DNA of 64,000 bases from Macrostomum hystrix. Lineage: Eukaryota; Animalia; Platyhelminthes. The notes under the pieces were generated by a model. The model saw nothing but the letters and a program-made list of their open reading frames with translations. It did not search any database and was not told where the DNA came from. The position numbers and the translations under genes were made by a program. The DNA lies in assembly GCA_950097015.1 (NCBI GenBank), contig CATNEN010000001.1:7874001-7938000 (forward strand), in the 5' to 3' direction. Shown in pieces: positions 1-14,400 of this stretch (positions are counted from its first letter, which is position 1; each line of letters opens with the position of its first letter).

Positions 1-42
1 TTTTCACTCCCGCCGGAAAATGGAGTGGGGCGGTGCACTAAC

Positions 43-1025
43 TTGTCGATGTACACGTGCACGCTGTAGGGTCCCCAGCATAAGTTGAAGGCGCAGAAGG
101 CAGCCACAACTGGCACGAGAGCTGCCCGCTCCCTGGCGTAGGCGCGGTTCGAGCTGATGTCCTGGTTCTGATGGCTGGTCTTGAACAAGCGGTAGAACAG
201 TGCGGTGTAGCAGATGGCCGCCAGAAGTGACGGCGCGCCCACCCCGAGTAGGGTGAGCATGAAGGACACCGCAAAGTCCGTGTTATCGTCGAAGTAGAAG
301 CACATGTACGAGTCCGGGATGTAGGAGAAGCCGTCCATGACTGCCACCACAGCAGAGTAGCCGAACCACAGCAGCCAGAAGGTGGCGCAGATGATGGCAA
401 TCTTGCGCATGGTGAAGATCCGACGATACAAGTTCTGGTGCAGGATGTAGATGTACCTACGGGATTTGAGGATAATTGCAATGGGATTTGAGACGAGATT
501 CGCATTGGGATTCAAGGGGATATTTGCAGCCAGCAGGGGATATTTGCAGCCAGCAGGGAATATTTGCAGTTAGCTCCAGGCAGCAGCAGCAGAGGTACAT
601 TGGCAAGCATTCGGTACACCAGAGCTGCATCACCTGTTGATGGCGATGAGCATGAAGCTGAAGTTGGACACCCCAGCGCAGAGAAACATCAAGAAGCCAT
701 TGACGATGCAGAGCCAGCGGTCGGACAGCTCTCTGTAAGCGACTCGGTTTGCCAGCACTGAAGGCATGGCGTAGCAGCAGACGATAAAGTCAGCCACGGC
801 GATGTTCACGACGATCCAGTTGATGGCGGACTTGAGAGATCGAACTCTGGCCACAGCGAGGAAGATGAGGGCATTGCCAGCTGATCCCACGATGCAGCCG
901 ACCGTCAGGAAGAAGATGTCCACACCGCGGGTCACTGGGTCATTCGGCCTGATGTAGTCCTCCGACTCCGCCAGGCCGGCCACGTCAGTCGTGACGCCGG
1001 CGAAGTTCTCGGATGTGGAGTTCAT
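43..1025 (-). CDS. Class A GPCR, melatonin-receptor-like; partial, exons 1025-634 and 456-~43, continues beyond the left edge
   Basis: Exon 1 encodes TM1-3 (GNALIFLAV, VNIAVADF, LC, IAINR). Phase-2 intron 633-457 (AG|GTGATG...gtag|G) joins to give IAINRYIYILH; NRY instead of DRY is the melatonin-receptor hallmark. Exon 2 encodes TM4-6 (FW, MCFY, FNLCWGPY). Probable donor AA|GTTAGT at 43/42. Confidence 0.85.
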
Positions 1026-1089
1026 TGGATGCGGCAGCTTCTGCGACTTCAGGGGAAATTTATTGATTGGGAACCTCTCTGTGACAACA

Positions 1090-1343
1090 AGAACTGAAAC
1101 AGGAACAGGAACTGGAAGTGGAACAGGAACAGGAACAGGAACTAGAACAGGAACTGGAACAGGAATAGGAACAGGAACAGGAACTGAAACAGGAACAGGA
1201 ACTAAAACAGGAACTGGAACAAGAACAGGAACTAGAACAGGAACTAGAACAGGAACTAGAACAGGAACTGGAACAGGAATAGGAACAGAAACAGGAACAG
1301 GAACAGGAACAGGAACAGGAACTGGAACAGGAACTGGAATAGG
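1090..1343. repeat. (GGAACA/GGAACT)n hexamer microsatellite just upstream of the GPCR ATG
   Basis: Direct reading of tandem hexamers. Confidence 0.95.
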
Positions 1344-1897
1344 ACATTATGTCAATATGAATCAGAAAATTAATTAAAACATTCGAGACACCGAGAAAAT
1401 TACCATTACAAGTATTGTCCCGAGTGATTTTTGTCTCTTACCTCAGCCGACAGGTGGCATCAAAATATAGGCAGAATTTTCTGTCAAAAGGCAAACGGAC
1501 TTGTTGCCTGACCTGCCTAGCTTAATATGTATTTGTCCTCTGTTTTCGCAAAGGATTAAATCCGACCCTGAGCCAATAGAAAATGGGAATGCAAAAGACA
1601 CGGATTTAGTAGCGGTATTAAATCCTCTCCTGAATTGTGATAAGCAGATAAATAATTCTTTGATCCCTTGTCGAAAAAACGACGTGTTTTTTGGCCTCTT
1701 TTCTTCCACAAAGCAGATTATTTAGTTATCACTTTATTTTGTTTTATTAGCTTGCTAATTATCTATCAGTTAGCTCAATTCAATTTTCATGACATTTTGA
1801 GCTTAATCAGTTTAATTTTTTTTCGAATTGTTCATTGCTTTCATTTTTCATTACAATTGTTCGAGCAAAAAAGTAAAATTTCATCAGAAATATAACC

Positions 1898-3730
1898 TTC
1901 AGCAAACTGTCAGATACTTCAGCAAACTGTCAGATACTTCAGCAAACTCTCAGATACTTCAGCAAACTCTTAGATACTTCAGCAAACTGTCAGATACATC
2001 AGCAAACTGTCAGATACTTCAGCAAACTGTCAGATACTTCAGCAAACTGTCAGATACTTCAGCAAACTGTCAGATACTTCAGCAGACTGTCAGATACTTC
2101 AGCAAACTCTCAGATACTTCAGCAAACTGTCAGATACTTCAGCAAACTGTCAGATACTTCAGCAAACTGTCACATACTTCAGCAAACTGTCAGATACTTC
2201 AGCAGACTGTCAGATACTTCAGCAAACTCTCAGATACTTCAGCAAACTGTCAGATACTTCAGCAAACTGTCAGATACTTCAGCAAACTCTCAGATACTTC
2301 AGCAAACTGTCAGATACTTCAGCAAACTCTCAGATACTTCAGCAAACTGTCAGATACTTCAGCAAACTGTCAGATACTTCAGCAAACTCTCTGATACTTC
2401 AGCAAACTGTCAGATACTTCAGCAAACTGTCAGATACTTCAGCAAACTGTCACATACTTCAACAAACTGTCAGATACTTCAGCAAACTGTCAGATACTTC
2501 AGCAAACTGTCACATACTTCAGCAAACTGTCAGATACTTCAGCAAACTGTCACATACTTCAGCAAACTGTCAGATACTTCAGCAAACTGTCACATACTTC
2601 AGCAAACTGTCAGATACTTCAGCAAACTGTCAGATACTTCAGCAAACTGTCAGATACTTCAGCAAACTGTCACATACTTCAGCAAACTGTCAGATACTTC
2701 AGCAGACTGTCAGATACTTCAGCAAACTCTCAGATACTTCAGCAAACTGTCAGATACTTCAGCAAACTGTCAGATACTTCAGCAAACTCTCAGATACTTC
2801 AGCAAACTGTCAGATACTTCAGCAAACTCTCAGATACTTCAGCAAACTGTCAGATACTTCAGCAAACTGTCAGATACTTCAGCAAACTGTCAGATACTTC
2901 AGCAAACTGTCACATACTTCAGTAAACTGTCACATACTTCAGCAAACTGTCACATACTTCAGCAAACTGTCAGATACTTCAGCAAACTGTCAGATACTTC
3001 AGCAAACTGTCAGATACTTCAGCAAACTGTCAGATACTTCAGCAAACTGTCACATACTTCAGCAAACTGTCAGATACTTCAGCAAACTGTCAGATACTTC
3101 AGCAAACTGTCACATACTTCAGCAAACTGTCAGATACTTCAGCAAACTGTCAGATACTTCAGTAAACTGTCACATACTTCAGCAAACTGTCAGATACTTC
3201 AGCAAACTCTCAGATACTTCAGCAAACTGTCAGATACTTCAGCAAACTGTCAGATACTTCAGCAAACTGTCAGATACTTCAGCAAACTGTCACATACTTC
3301 AGTAAACTGTCACATACTTCAGCAAACTGTCACATACTTCAGCAAACTGTCAGATACTTCAGCAAACTGTCAGATACTTCAGCAAACTGTCAGATACTTC
3401 AGCAAACTGTCAGATACTTCAGCAAACTGTCACATACTTCAGCAAACTGTCAGATACTTCAGCAAACTCTCTGATACTTCAGCAAACTGTCAGATACTTC
3501 AGCAAACTGTCAGATACTTCAGCAAACTGTCAGATACTTCAGCAAACTGTCACATACTTCAGCAAACTGTCAGATACTTCAGCAAACTCTCTGATACTTC
3601 AGCAAACTGTCAGATACTTCAGCAAACTGTCAGATACTTCAGCAAACTGTCAGATACTTCAGCAAACTGTCAGATACTTCAGCAAACTGTCAGATACTTC
3701 AGCAAACTGTCAGATACTTCAGCAGACTCT
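1898..3730. repeat. 20-bp minisatellite (CAGATACTTCAGCAAACTGT), about 90 units
   Basis: Exact 20-bp periodicity with a few recurring variants. Confidence 0.98.
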
Positions 3731-5137
3731 TAAAAGTGTAAAATTTAAATTTATACTTTTACTAAATACAAAAACTAAAAAATATTTGTTAGAATTCCAT
3801 TTTTATGACATTCGGGTGATCTCAATTATAAGGACATTGTTAAAATTAATCAATCAATCATCAAGAGTTTATTTAGACACAAAATGCTCGCACCTTTCGA
3901 TACAAAAGTAAACTTGAAAGCGAAAAAATATAAATATTTTTGCATACGTAAAGTAAGAGCATTCGATATTACATGCAATCTAATTACAGTTGTATAAAAG
4001 CCAATTATTCTAGTTTGTTATAACCGTTTGTGGCAGCACTCATTGTAGGCCTAGAAAAGAAAAAAACTAACAAACAATACGGGGATTTAAAAAGTATAAA
4101 GACATTTTTTCTGAACAAATAACGACATTTTAGAACACATTCGCAACACACTACTGCTAAGAAAATAAAAATAAGTAGTTATAATCGACTAGTACAAGTT
4201 AAGGGTTAATGAAAACCAATTTTTTAGGGATAAATAGATGATAGGAATGTATACAATAATTACAATAGCTAAGCATTAATAAAAGCCAGTTGTGCTATAA
4301 AAATATTGACAACAATGATTGAGTATAATAGAACACATGCATTTTATTGCTAAATTTATTAACAACTTTAAGTCAGAAATTGTAACTCAGACACAACACA
4401 AAACACGCACCGGTCTTAATCTAAGCGAAAAGCAATCGGAAAGAATCTGATTCCGAATCAATTTCTCATACTTAAATATGCCATATGCCTACTAACACAA
4501 ATCCAAATTGTAAGTAGTGTAGAGCGCGCTTTTTTACGTAGGCAGATTTTTACATGAAAATGAAAGAAATTAGTTTAAACAAGTTCGCAATAGGTTTGTG
4601 GCGATATCCAACGAAGCAAATTAGAGATTAGCGTGTAATTAGTTTGTTTTAATGGAGATATAAAATATATTGTTAGGTGTCAAGAAGCAAGAAAACTGCA
4701 AAATCGATAAATACTCCAATTACAGAATTTTTTTCGACAAATTGAAAGCGTTGGACGTTAAAATTTAGGCGGAAAAATTTTTTCTTTGTGGACACTTTAT
4801 AAAAATAAAATTCAAAACACAATTTTATACAACTTTTACAATAAGCCAAGACAAAACACTTGGCTACAATTAAGTTATGAAGCAACAAAAAATATGAAAG
4901 CAAAAACAAAAAAAATATTAGAAAAACATAAATTTTACAATTTAATTGTCATAAATAGTAGATTATTAAAAGTTAAGATCAAAAAAGTTTTTTTTAATAG
5001 GCAACATATCAAAATTACACAACTAATTATATAGCAAGTCAAAGTAGATAAACAATATCACAATTTTGCAATGACGAGACTAAATCTGATTTAAGAGGAG
5101 ACGCCAAAGCTCAAACTAAGAGAGGTATAGGGAGTAA

Positions 5138-5273
5138 ATGACCAATTTGAGGGTAGATAGGGTCATGACCAAATTGAGGGTAGTTAGAGTCACGACCAAA
5201 TTGAGGGTAGATAGGGTCATGACCAAATTGAGGGTAGATAGGGTCATGACCAATTTGAGGGTAGATAGGGTCA
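5138..5273. repeat. 27-bp tandem repeat (ATGACCAAATTGAGGGTAGATAGGGTC) x5, in the presumed ADAM 3' UTR
   Basis: Direct reading. Confidence 0.9.
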
Positions 5274-5365
5274 AGCCCGATATGAGAGTAGCTGTTAGGG
5301 TAATGACTAAAACTTAAAGCACAGAATAAGTACAAAGAACAGTGAAAAAAATTACATTGTAACAG

Positions 5366-5391
5366 TTACACCACAGTGCTGTGCATCTGAA

Positions 5392-5424
<33 letters not shown>

Positions 5425-8400
5425 TACCGTAGGGCAGCGAATACGGCTTCGGCGGCGCTGGCGGAGGTCTCACTGGCGGCAGTTTTGGTCTGCGAATCTG
5501 AGGCGACACAGTCGACCTGTCTGTCAGGTCCCCGTCTGTGTAGGTGCTGCTAATTAACTGAGCGCCGCTAATTACTGGGCGCTGAATTGTGGGCGCATTG
5601 TGCTGCTGCTGCTGAGGATTCTGCAGCTGCACTGTGGCTGGATTCTGATAAAGCGCATTGTGATGCTGCTGCAAAAGCTGGTGCTGATACTTCTGATGCT
5701 GCTGGGCTGTGATTGCGCCGTTGATTAGGCGGCTAAAATAGCGCGAAATTTGAATATTCATTGAAAAACCTAGACTAGATGATACAGGGTGAGACTAGAT
5801 GTCCCAGTGAGACTAGATGACACAGTATGTGACCAGATAAAACAGAGTGAGACTAGATTAGATGGGATGATACGGGGTGAGAGTAGATGAGAAATGGTTA
5901 GACCAGATAAGATAGGGTGATACTAGATGAGATGGGATGAGATTAAATGAGACAGAGTGAGACTAGATGCCACAGTGAGACTTAATGATTCAGTGAGACT
6001 AGATGATTCAGTGAGACTAGATGATTCAGTGAGACTAGATGATTCAGTGAGACTAGATGATTCAGTGAGACTAGATGATTCAGTGAGACTAGATGATTCA
6101 GTGAGACTAGATGATTCAGTGAGACTAGATGATTCAGTGAGACTAGATGATTCAGTGAGACTAGATGATTCAGTGAGACTAGATGATTCAGTGAGACTAG
6201 ATGATTCAGTGAGACTAGATGATTCAGTGAGACTAGATGAGACCGGGTGAGACTAGATGAAGCAGGGTTAGACCAGATAAGACAGGGTGAGACTAGATAA
6301 AATGGGGTGAGATTAGACGAGACGGGATGAGATTAGATGAGACCGGGTGAGACTAGATGAAGCAGGGTAAGACCAGATAAGACAGTGTGAGACTAGATGT
6401 GATGGGATGAGATTTGATGAGAGGGGGGAGAACAGATGAGACAGTGTAAGACTAGATGAGATGGGATGAGATTAGATGAGACAGGGTGAGACTAGATGAG
6501 ACAGGGGTGAGACCAGATGAGACAGAGTGAGACTAGAAGATACGGGGTGAGACTAGATGATATCAGTGAGACTAGATGACACAGTATGTGACTAGATGAG
6601 ACAGGGTGAGACTAGATGAGATGGGATGAGATTTCATGAGGCAGGGTGAGACTAGATGTGATGGGATGAGATTTGATGAGACGGGGTGAGATTAGATAAG
6701 ACAGGGTTAGACCAGATGAGACAGGGTGAGACTAGATGATACGGGTGTACTCACCGATCAGCCTGATCCCCTAAGCCGGCAGTTCCGGGGCTCCTAGAAG
6801 AGGCGGCGGCAGCTGCGGAGGCATTGGTAACAGCAGTCGCAGCGGATGACGATCGAGTTGGAGATTTTGAAAACACACCGCCCGTACGTCGCCTAAGCTC
6901 TTGCAGTCTGAGCAGGTCGCACCAGCTTGGAACTTCAGCGCCCCTCTTTCTATATCGCATGAGCAGCACTAGCGACACAATGGCTAGGATTAGTACCAAT
7001 AGAACAGCGAATACAATGCCGGCTATAGTGCCGCCGCTTCGATTGGCCGGGCCGTCATCCCCGTAGCCCTTGAATCCCGGCCGAGTTGGTCCGCTATCGA
7101 TGCTACCGCCAGCGCCCGGCTGCCGACAATCCGGCGGTGCTCGACCAGGCGGGCAGTGACAATTGCCGCGAGAATTCATGCTACCACCGGCCGCTGAACA
7201 AGCTGCCGCGGCGGCTGCCATTGAAGACTTACTACGGCCAGGCACCAGCGAAGCCGCCTGATCCAGACTGTTAGCCAATACGTCGGCGGTTGCTAGGCAA
7301 CGACCGGAATTGCAAACTCGATTGGGATCCAGGGCGGAACCGCAGCCGACACCATCTGGCACTAGGCCGGGATCGCGTACCTAGTGAGAAATCCGATATA
7401 CTCTACTGTAAGTAGGGTAATAAAGTTTCTACAGCTATTTTTTTCTGAGTTTATCAATTTTCCATATTCGCTACACTACTTAACAGTAGAACTACCAACA
7501 TTTTTTCGTGTTGCACCTGAATAGAACAACGCAAGCACACGAAACTCAAGAACACGGGCCAACTTTTTGTTGCGCATCTTCTGAAACTAGAATCAAGTCG
7601 CCAGCTCTTCAGTCCGTCGAGATATTCAATGGTTCTGGCCGAAGGTCCGATTTATCCCTTAAGGCTAGTGTATTTCATACACCCCTATAAAAAATTAGCA
7701 CTGCGCCTCAGGGCAGCCTTGCATGGCCTTCAAAATTAATCAGCATATCACCAGAATGTGCCTGCATCATCTCCGTCCTCGGTGGTCACCTACCTTTATC
7801 TAGACAGACTGCTGGACCTTCAAGGGCTACAAAAGGTGGAACTAGGTCACAATGGACACCCTGACGCGAATTTCTCCAATTTCACTGATGAAGCCGAAAT
7901 ATTAGGCGCAGCTCAACCACAGTACACCATCGCCTAGTCTGTCAACCAATCAGTCATCACCATTGGTATCAAAACGGGCGGCAAAATGGCTTGGTAGCCC
8001 TACTGTTAAAGTAGAGATTAGAATTCTTTATAATTCTAGTTTATTTTCTTTGCAAATGCTTTACAAAGGCTGCGTACAGTCCATGGACTGGGGAGACCGC
8101 CACAAGTAAACTATCGAAGCATTAGGATGTTAAAGTAATTTTTGGACTAAGATTCGAACTCCCGACCTCTCAAACTACTGGGGTGACAAGCAAGCAAAAT
8201 ATTTCAAGCTTAAAGGCTTTACGTCTCTGAGGGCCAATTACTAAAAATTTCAAAAGCCAGTACTGATGTACACACCGTGTTAGAGAGCGAGCCTGCGTAC
8301 TTATCCGCGTGTGTACCCTCGATGGGTTAGCAAGTTTAGTTACTTTTTCAGTAGCCTACTATGAGTAGCAATGCTTGTTTTTTCTCGAAGTTTTTTCAAC

Positions 8401-11400
8401 ACTTACCAAAGGTCCGTAATCGTAGATGACAGCGCGACAGACTGCGCCATTAACGGCGTGACTTAACGGAGTGTGATAACCGGTTAGCCTGGCCTGACCG
8501 GTGGCGTGGCCCAGGTGGCCACCAAAACCATCGGCATAGTCGCCAGTTATTAGGCCATTGAAGAGGCCAGCAGCTGCTGAAGCGCCACCTGGCGGACCAA
8601 AGGGCGCGTGGCACATCAGGCGACCGCAGCGGGCATTACCGCTTGAGCCAATCTGACCGGAGCCCGGCCCAGATTGGTGACACATTTCTCGCACTGTAGT
8701 TATACTGGATAAGCGACTGAATCGGCAACCTAATATATTTGTTGAGTCCTGGCGAATTTAGGGGAATGTATACACTTTTGGTAAACTTTAAATAAAAATA
8801 CGTATGAAAATACTCCAGGAATCTTAGAAATTTCGCTTCTGACCAATCCAAGAGCTATTATTGTCTTTACCCCGCTGACCAATCCGAGAGCGATGATTGT
8901 CTTTACCCAACTGACCAATCAGAGAGCGATTATTCTCTTGACCCAACTGACCAATCAGAGAGCGATTATTCTCTTGACTCAACTGACCAATCAGAGAGCG
9001 ATTATTCTCTTGACCCAACTGACCAATCAGAGAGCGGTGATAGACTTAAAGCTACTGACCTATCAGAGAGTGATAATCATATTTACCTCACTATCTCAAA
9101 ACAGGGGTAAATTTCTGGATCACGAGTAAATATGTTCGCGAGTTCTTCGTCATCTAATTAGACAAATATTTGCAGCAACGCAATAGTATCTAACCGGATA
9201 TTCCACATTCAGAGAGTAGCAGTCCGAGCCCTGCGAGCGCGACCCGACGCCCCAGACTGTCTGGCAGGCGGCGTCAGCCGATGGACACCGGCCGGACCAG
9301 CAGAAATTGGCGCCGTTGTCGCAGGCCGCGCCGTCCAGACGCCAGACATCGGCCGGGCAGGCGTCTCTGAGGCCGTCGCAGTGCTCGGAGAAGTCGCACT
9401 CGTCTTTGGCCGGTCGGCAGATGTCACCAGACGGTCTGGGTCGACAGACTGACAGGTCGCAGCAGGCTCCCGTGGCGCAGGTTGCGTTGGAGGCCAATTG
9501 ACAGGTGGCGGCCTTTGGATTATTATAAAATGAGGTTTCATTCGTTTGTATAATTATGGTATTCCCTTTGAATCCTTTAACAGTTTTGTTTAAGGATTAC
9601 CACTCCTGAGCCATTATCGTTTTTGGATTTACCTTTTATTAATATTACAATTTTAGTAACGAGTTTTCTTCTTGTATTTTTAGTGTTTAGGAATTTTCAT
9701 CTAGTGTTCAAATATCTATATTATGTGATTTTCCTGGTGTACAGTTTTGGGATTTTCTTAGAGTAGATTTTGGGGGATTTCCCTTAAGTACATTTTGGGA
9801 TTTCCCTTGAGTACATTTTGGGATTTCCCTTGAGTACATTTTGGGAATTCCCTTAAGTACAATTTTGTGATTTTCCTCGAGTAGTATTTTGGGATTTTCC
9901 TCGTTTAGTCAGCCATTGATTGCTCACCACGCAGCAGGGGTTGCCGGCGCATCCGTGCTCGCCGCCGCAGTCGCAGGCTTCGCCCGGCTCAACGAGGCCG
10001 TTGCCACACTTCGAAGGCCAGCCGCCGCCCCCAATCACGGGAGCCTGCAGTCGCAGTCGGCTATCTAAGCCTGTCGGAGCCGGATCCAGCAAGCAGTGCC
10101 GCACGCCGGAGTCGAGGAAGCCACGGACGGCGGCAGTTGAACAATCAGACCAAGGCAGCTGGTGCAGAGGCGAGCCGAACAGGTTGGCGCTCATGATGCA
10201 AGCCGCAGCCGGGCAGCGACAATTCTTCATCTCCTCGTCGTGCCCGGAGCCCAAGTTGTGTGCCAACTCGTGCGACATAATGATGCCAGCCGTGGCCGAA
10301 TTGCGGCTGTCTCGGGTTACCTGGCGACACGAGCATATTTTTATAGACTGAGGTGCCATTTTTATTGACTGAGGTGCCATTTTATTGACTGAGGTGCCAT
10401 TTTTTAAGACTGAGGTGTTATTTTTATAGACTGAGGTGCCATTTTTTAAATCTGAGGTGCCATTTTTATAGACTGAGGTGCCATTTTTATAGACTGAGGT
10501 GCCATTTTTATAGACTGAGGTGCCATTTTTTAATCTGAGGTGCCATTTTTATAATCTGAGGTGCCATTTTTTAATCTGAGGTGCCATTTTTATAATCTGA
10601 GGTGCCATTTTTATAGACTGAGGTGCCATTTTTATAGACTGAGGTGCCATTTTTTAATCTGAGGTGCCATTTTTATAGACTGAGGTGCCATTTTTATAGA
10701 CTGAGGTGCCATTTTTAAAGACTGAGGTGCCATTTTTAACTGAATTCCTATTTTAAACCTGCACAATTTTATAATAGGATGATATTAACTCACAATAGAA
10801 AACCCGACGCAGAATGGCCTACTGCACATAGTAGCCTCTTTGGCCATGCCGGCACTTTTGCCATTGTAGTATGATGAGCGGCCGCTAAAATTAATTTAAA
10901 AAATCCAAAAGTTTAATATTTAAATCATTCTACTGTTAGTAGTGCAGCACAATAATTTTAACTCACTGCAACAAGTGTACACAATCGAATTGCCAATCAA
11001 TGGGAAATGAGGACGCATAACTCATCACAGTGTCAACAGTCTTTCTAGGATCTGCAAAGACGGAGAAATCGAAATCGGGCAACGGCTCTTTCCAGATCTC
11101 TAAACCCGTGACGGCGATGTGTAAATCGAAGCTGCGAAAGCGCTGGAAAAAAATATATAATCTGTGTTATACTCGCACATTACTACTCGAGTTACATATA
11201 TAGTGGCAAAATGAAAGTGGAAAAACTTACGTTATTAACAAAGTTGATAATGTTCTGAGCTGCAGCAATCACACTCTCCACATTGGAATCGTAAATGGCG
11301 TACTGAAAATGGCGTACAGGAAATTGTGTGATTTCAAATTACAAGTAGATTTGCTTTCTACCAAGCAAATTAAGTGCAAATTCGGTACTCCGCAGTTAAT

Positions 11401-14400
11401 TTCCGATAAGACTCCATAGTTGATCTTTTTCAGTCATAAAATTTTGAAGCCTAGCAATTATGACGTATTAATAAATCTAGATTGGAATGCTAATGTGGTT
11501 GGTTGAACTTGAAGTTTGAAAAAGAGTGTATATTTTCCTATCTGATGTAACAACACTTAGACTATGATAAATTAGATTTCAATTGGCAATGCCCTATAAC
11601 TGCTAACTCAGACTGACATCAGATACTAATAAAGACACAAATAGAAAGTTATAAGATAGAATGCCCGGCAACCTTAAAATCCTCGCGGGCTAAAGAAAAA
11701 AAATGCAAAAATAGGTCGCATTGACTGTAAAAAATACATAGAATATGTGAGGCAGAGGAGACAGAGGAGAGATGAGACAGTGGAGAGATGAGACAGGGGA
11801 GAGATGAGACAGGGGAGAGATGAGACAGGGGAGAGATGAGACAGGGGAGAGATGAGACAGTGGAGAGATGAGAGAGGGGAGAGATGAGACAGTGGAGAGA
11901 TGAGACAGGGGAGAGATGAGACAGGGGAGAGATGAGACAGGGGAGAGATGAGACAGGGGAGAGATGAGACAGTGGAGAGATAAGAGAGGGGAGAGATGAG
12001 ACAGTGGAGAGATGAGACAGGGGAGAGATGAGACAGTGGAGAGATGAGACAGGGGAGAGATGAGATAGTAGAGAGATGAGACAGTGGAGAGATGAGACAG
12101 GGGAGAGATGAGACAGTGGAGAGATGAGACAGGGGAGAGATGAGACACGGGAGAGATGAGACACGGGAGAGATGACACACGGGAGAGATGAGACACGGGA
12201 GAGATGAGACAGTACAGAGATGAGACAGTACAGAGATGAGACAGTACAGAGATGAGACAGGGGCGAGTGGCCTTAATATTTAGGAGCTTCAAGGGCCGCA
12301 TCTGGCCCAGCGATAGGTGAAGAAAATGCACTAACGTGAGACTGCAAATAATGACAATTTTCCCTAACTTAGATTAACATGAATGAACTCATAGATAGGC
12401 GACCTAAAAAAGATGCTATTTATATTGACCTTGTAGAGACATACGGACAAACAGACAGATGGAAGAGAGACAGTGGATAATGAACCTAGTTTTAGAATAG
12501 TTGCAGAACAAAGATATCATACAGAATATAACTAGAGACTTACTGCAACAAAGCTTTGCTTAACGGACAAGTGAGCAGTCACAGACCCTCATTTATACTG
12601 TAAAGTGCAGTGAGGTCTGCAAATTACCCGTAGATTTTTAATCAGATTTTTTTTATTCTCATTGTTATAAAAGCCCCAACTATAAAAATGGTGTCTTTGT
12701 GCTTTGTTACTTTGTTACACAAACGACAGCGGCAAAATGTGTTTATTCAGTTCATGTCAGAAACTAGCCAGAGTTCAGGTCTTATTGGTGGGGGTAATAT
12801 TGGAGATAAATTTGGGCAGACGACAACTTTTAAGTCAGATAGGCTTATGAACGCGAAATTAGACTTAGCAGACTATTAAGTCAAAGACACGGGCTTACCG
12901 GGAAAAGAAATTTAAACTACGTACACGGAAAGTACATGGGATTTCTGATTAATTCGAGATGAGATTTCTTAATAATTGAAAATAGGATTTCTGGGCACTT
13001 AGATGTTGGATTTCTGAATAGCACTTGACGGGATTTCTGAATAACACTTGATGGGATTTCTGAATAACACTTGATGGGATTTCTGAATAACACTTGATGG
13101 GATTTCTGAATAACACTTGATGGGATTTCTGAATAACACTTGATGGGATTTCTGAATAACACTTGATGGGATTTCTGAATAACACTTGATGGGATTTCTG
13201 AATAACACTTGATGGGATTTCTGAATAACACTTGATGGGATTTCTGAATAACACTTGATGGGATTTCTGAATAACACTTGATGGGATTTCTGAATAACGC
13301 TTGATGGGATTTCTGAATAACACTTGATGGGATTTCTGAATAACACTTGATGGGATTTCTGAATAACACTTGATGGGATTTCTGAATAACACTTGATGGG
13401 ATTTCTGAATATGAGACAGATGGGATCTATAAATAACACTTAATAGGATTTCTGAATAATACGAGATGGGATTTCTTGATAATTAAAAATGGGATTTCTG
13501 AACAATTGGACAATGGATTTCTGAACAAAAGGGCATGGGATTTCTGAACAAAATGGCATGGGATTTCTGAACAAAAGGGCATGGGATTTCTGAACAAAAG
13601 GGCATGGGATTTCTGAACAAGACAGGATTTCTGAATAAAACGAGATGGGATTTCTGGATAAAACGAGTTAGGATTTCAGAATAATACCAGATGGAATCGC
13701 TGAATAATTTGAGATGGGATTTCTAGACCAGATGTGCAGCCGACAGCACAGCCGCAGCTGTTGCGCGGCGCATCTGAAGGCTGCGTACGGCTGTTCAGTC
13801 CATGGACTGGGGGATGCCACACCCACCCTCAATTACCCCAGACAATGCTGGTACCCATTTAACTAGTGTCTAGCTAAAGGACACAAATTGTGTCAATAGG
13901 AGTCGGGAATCGAACCTCCGACCGTTAACTCGCTATTTCAACGCCCTAAGCACTCGGCGACAATCTAATTTGTCGCTACAATATTCTTCAAAAATGTTTT
14001 TTTTAGATTTCTGTGCAAAAAAATTTCCACTTTCGATAAAGACATGTTTGTAGCGTGATTAATTTAATTTACAGCTGACATCCTTCTTGATTAATTAGCA
14101 TTCAACTAAATAACTTATTGACGCTAATATATTATTTATTTAAATGTGTTAAACAAGAAATCTTATCTTACTATACAAATAATGGATAGTGAAATCTATT
14201 ATTCAGAACAGTCTGTCTCTTGCCTGTAACTATGCGGTATGGACATGGTTGTAATTCTAACGAGGGCAGCTAACGGTATACATACATATATACATATATA
14301 TATTAATTTCGTCGATGAGTCACTGACTGAAGGTATGGTAAAAAGAACCTTCGTTAAAACACAGTCGAAAAAGAATTGTGTTTTTATTATTTACAACTGT

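Noticed and set aside
38-505. ORF-track 155-aa ORF, and antisense ORFs over ADAM, PHF14 and lectin exons
   Set aside because: Shadow frames of GC-rich real exons; the GPCR exon is in a different frame
991-1377. (TG)n and (SC)n peptide ORFs
   Set aside because: Translations of the GGAACA microsatellite
7885-7915. CTGATGAAGCC...GGCG hammerhead-like core
   Set aside because: The required GAAA after stem II is GCAG, and no stems I or III were found
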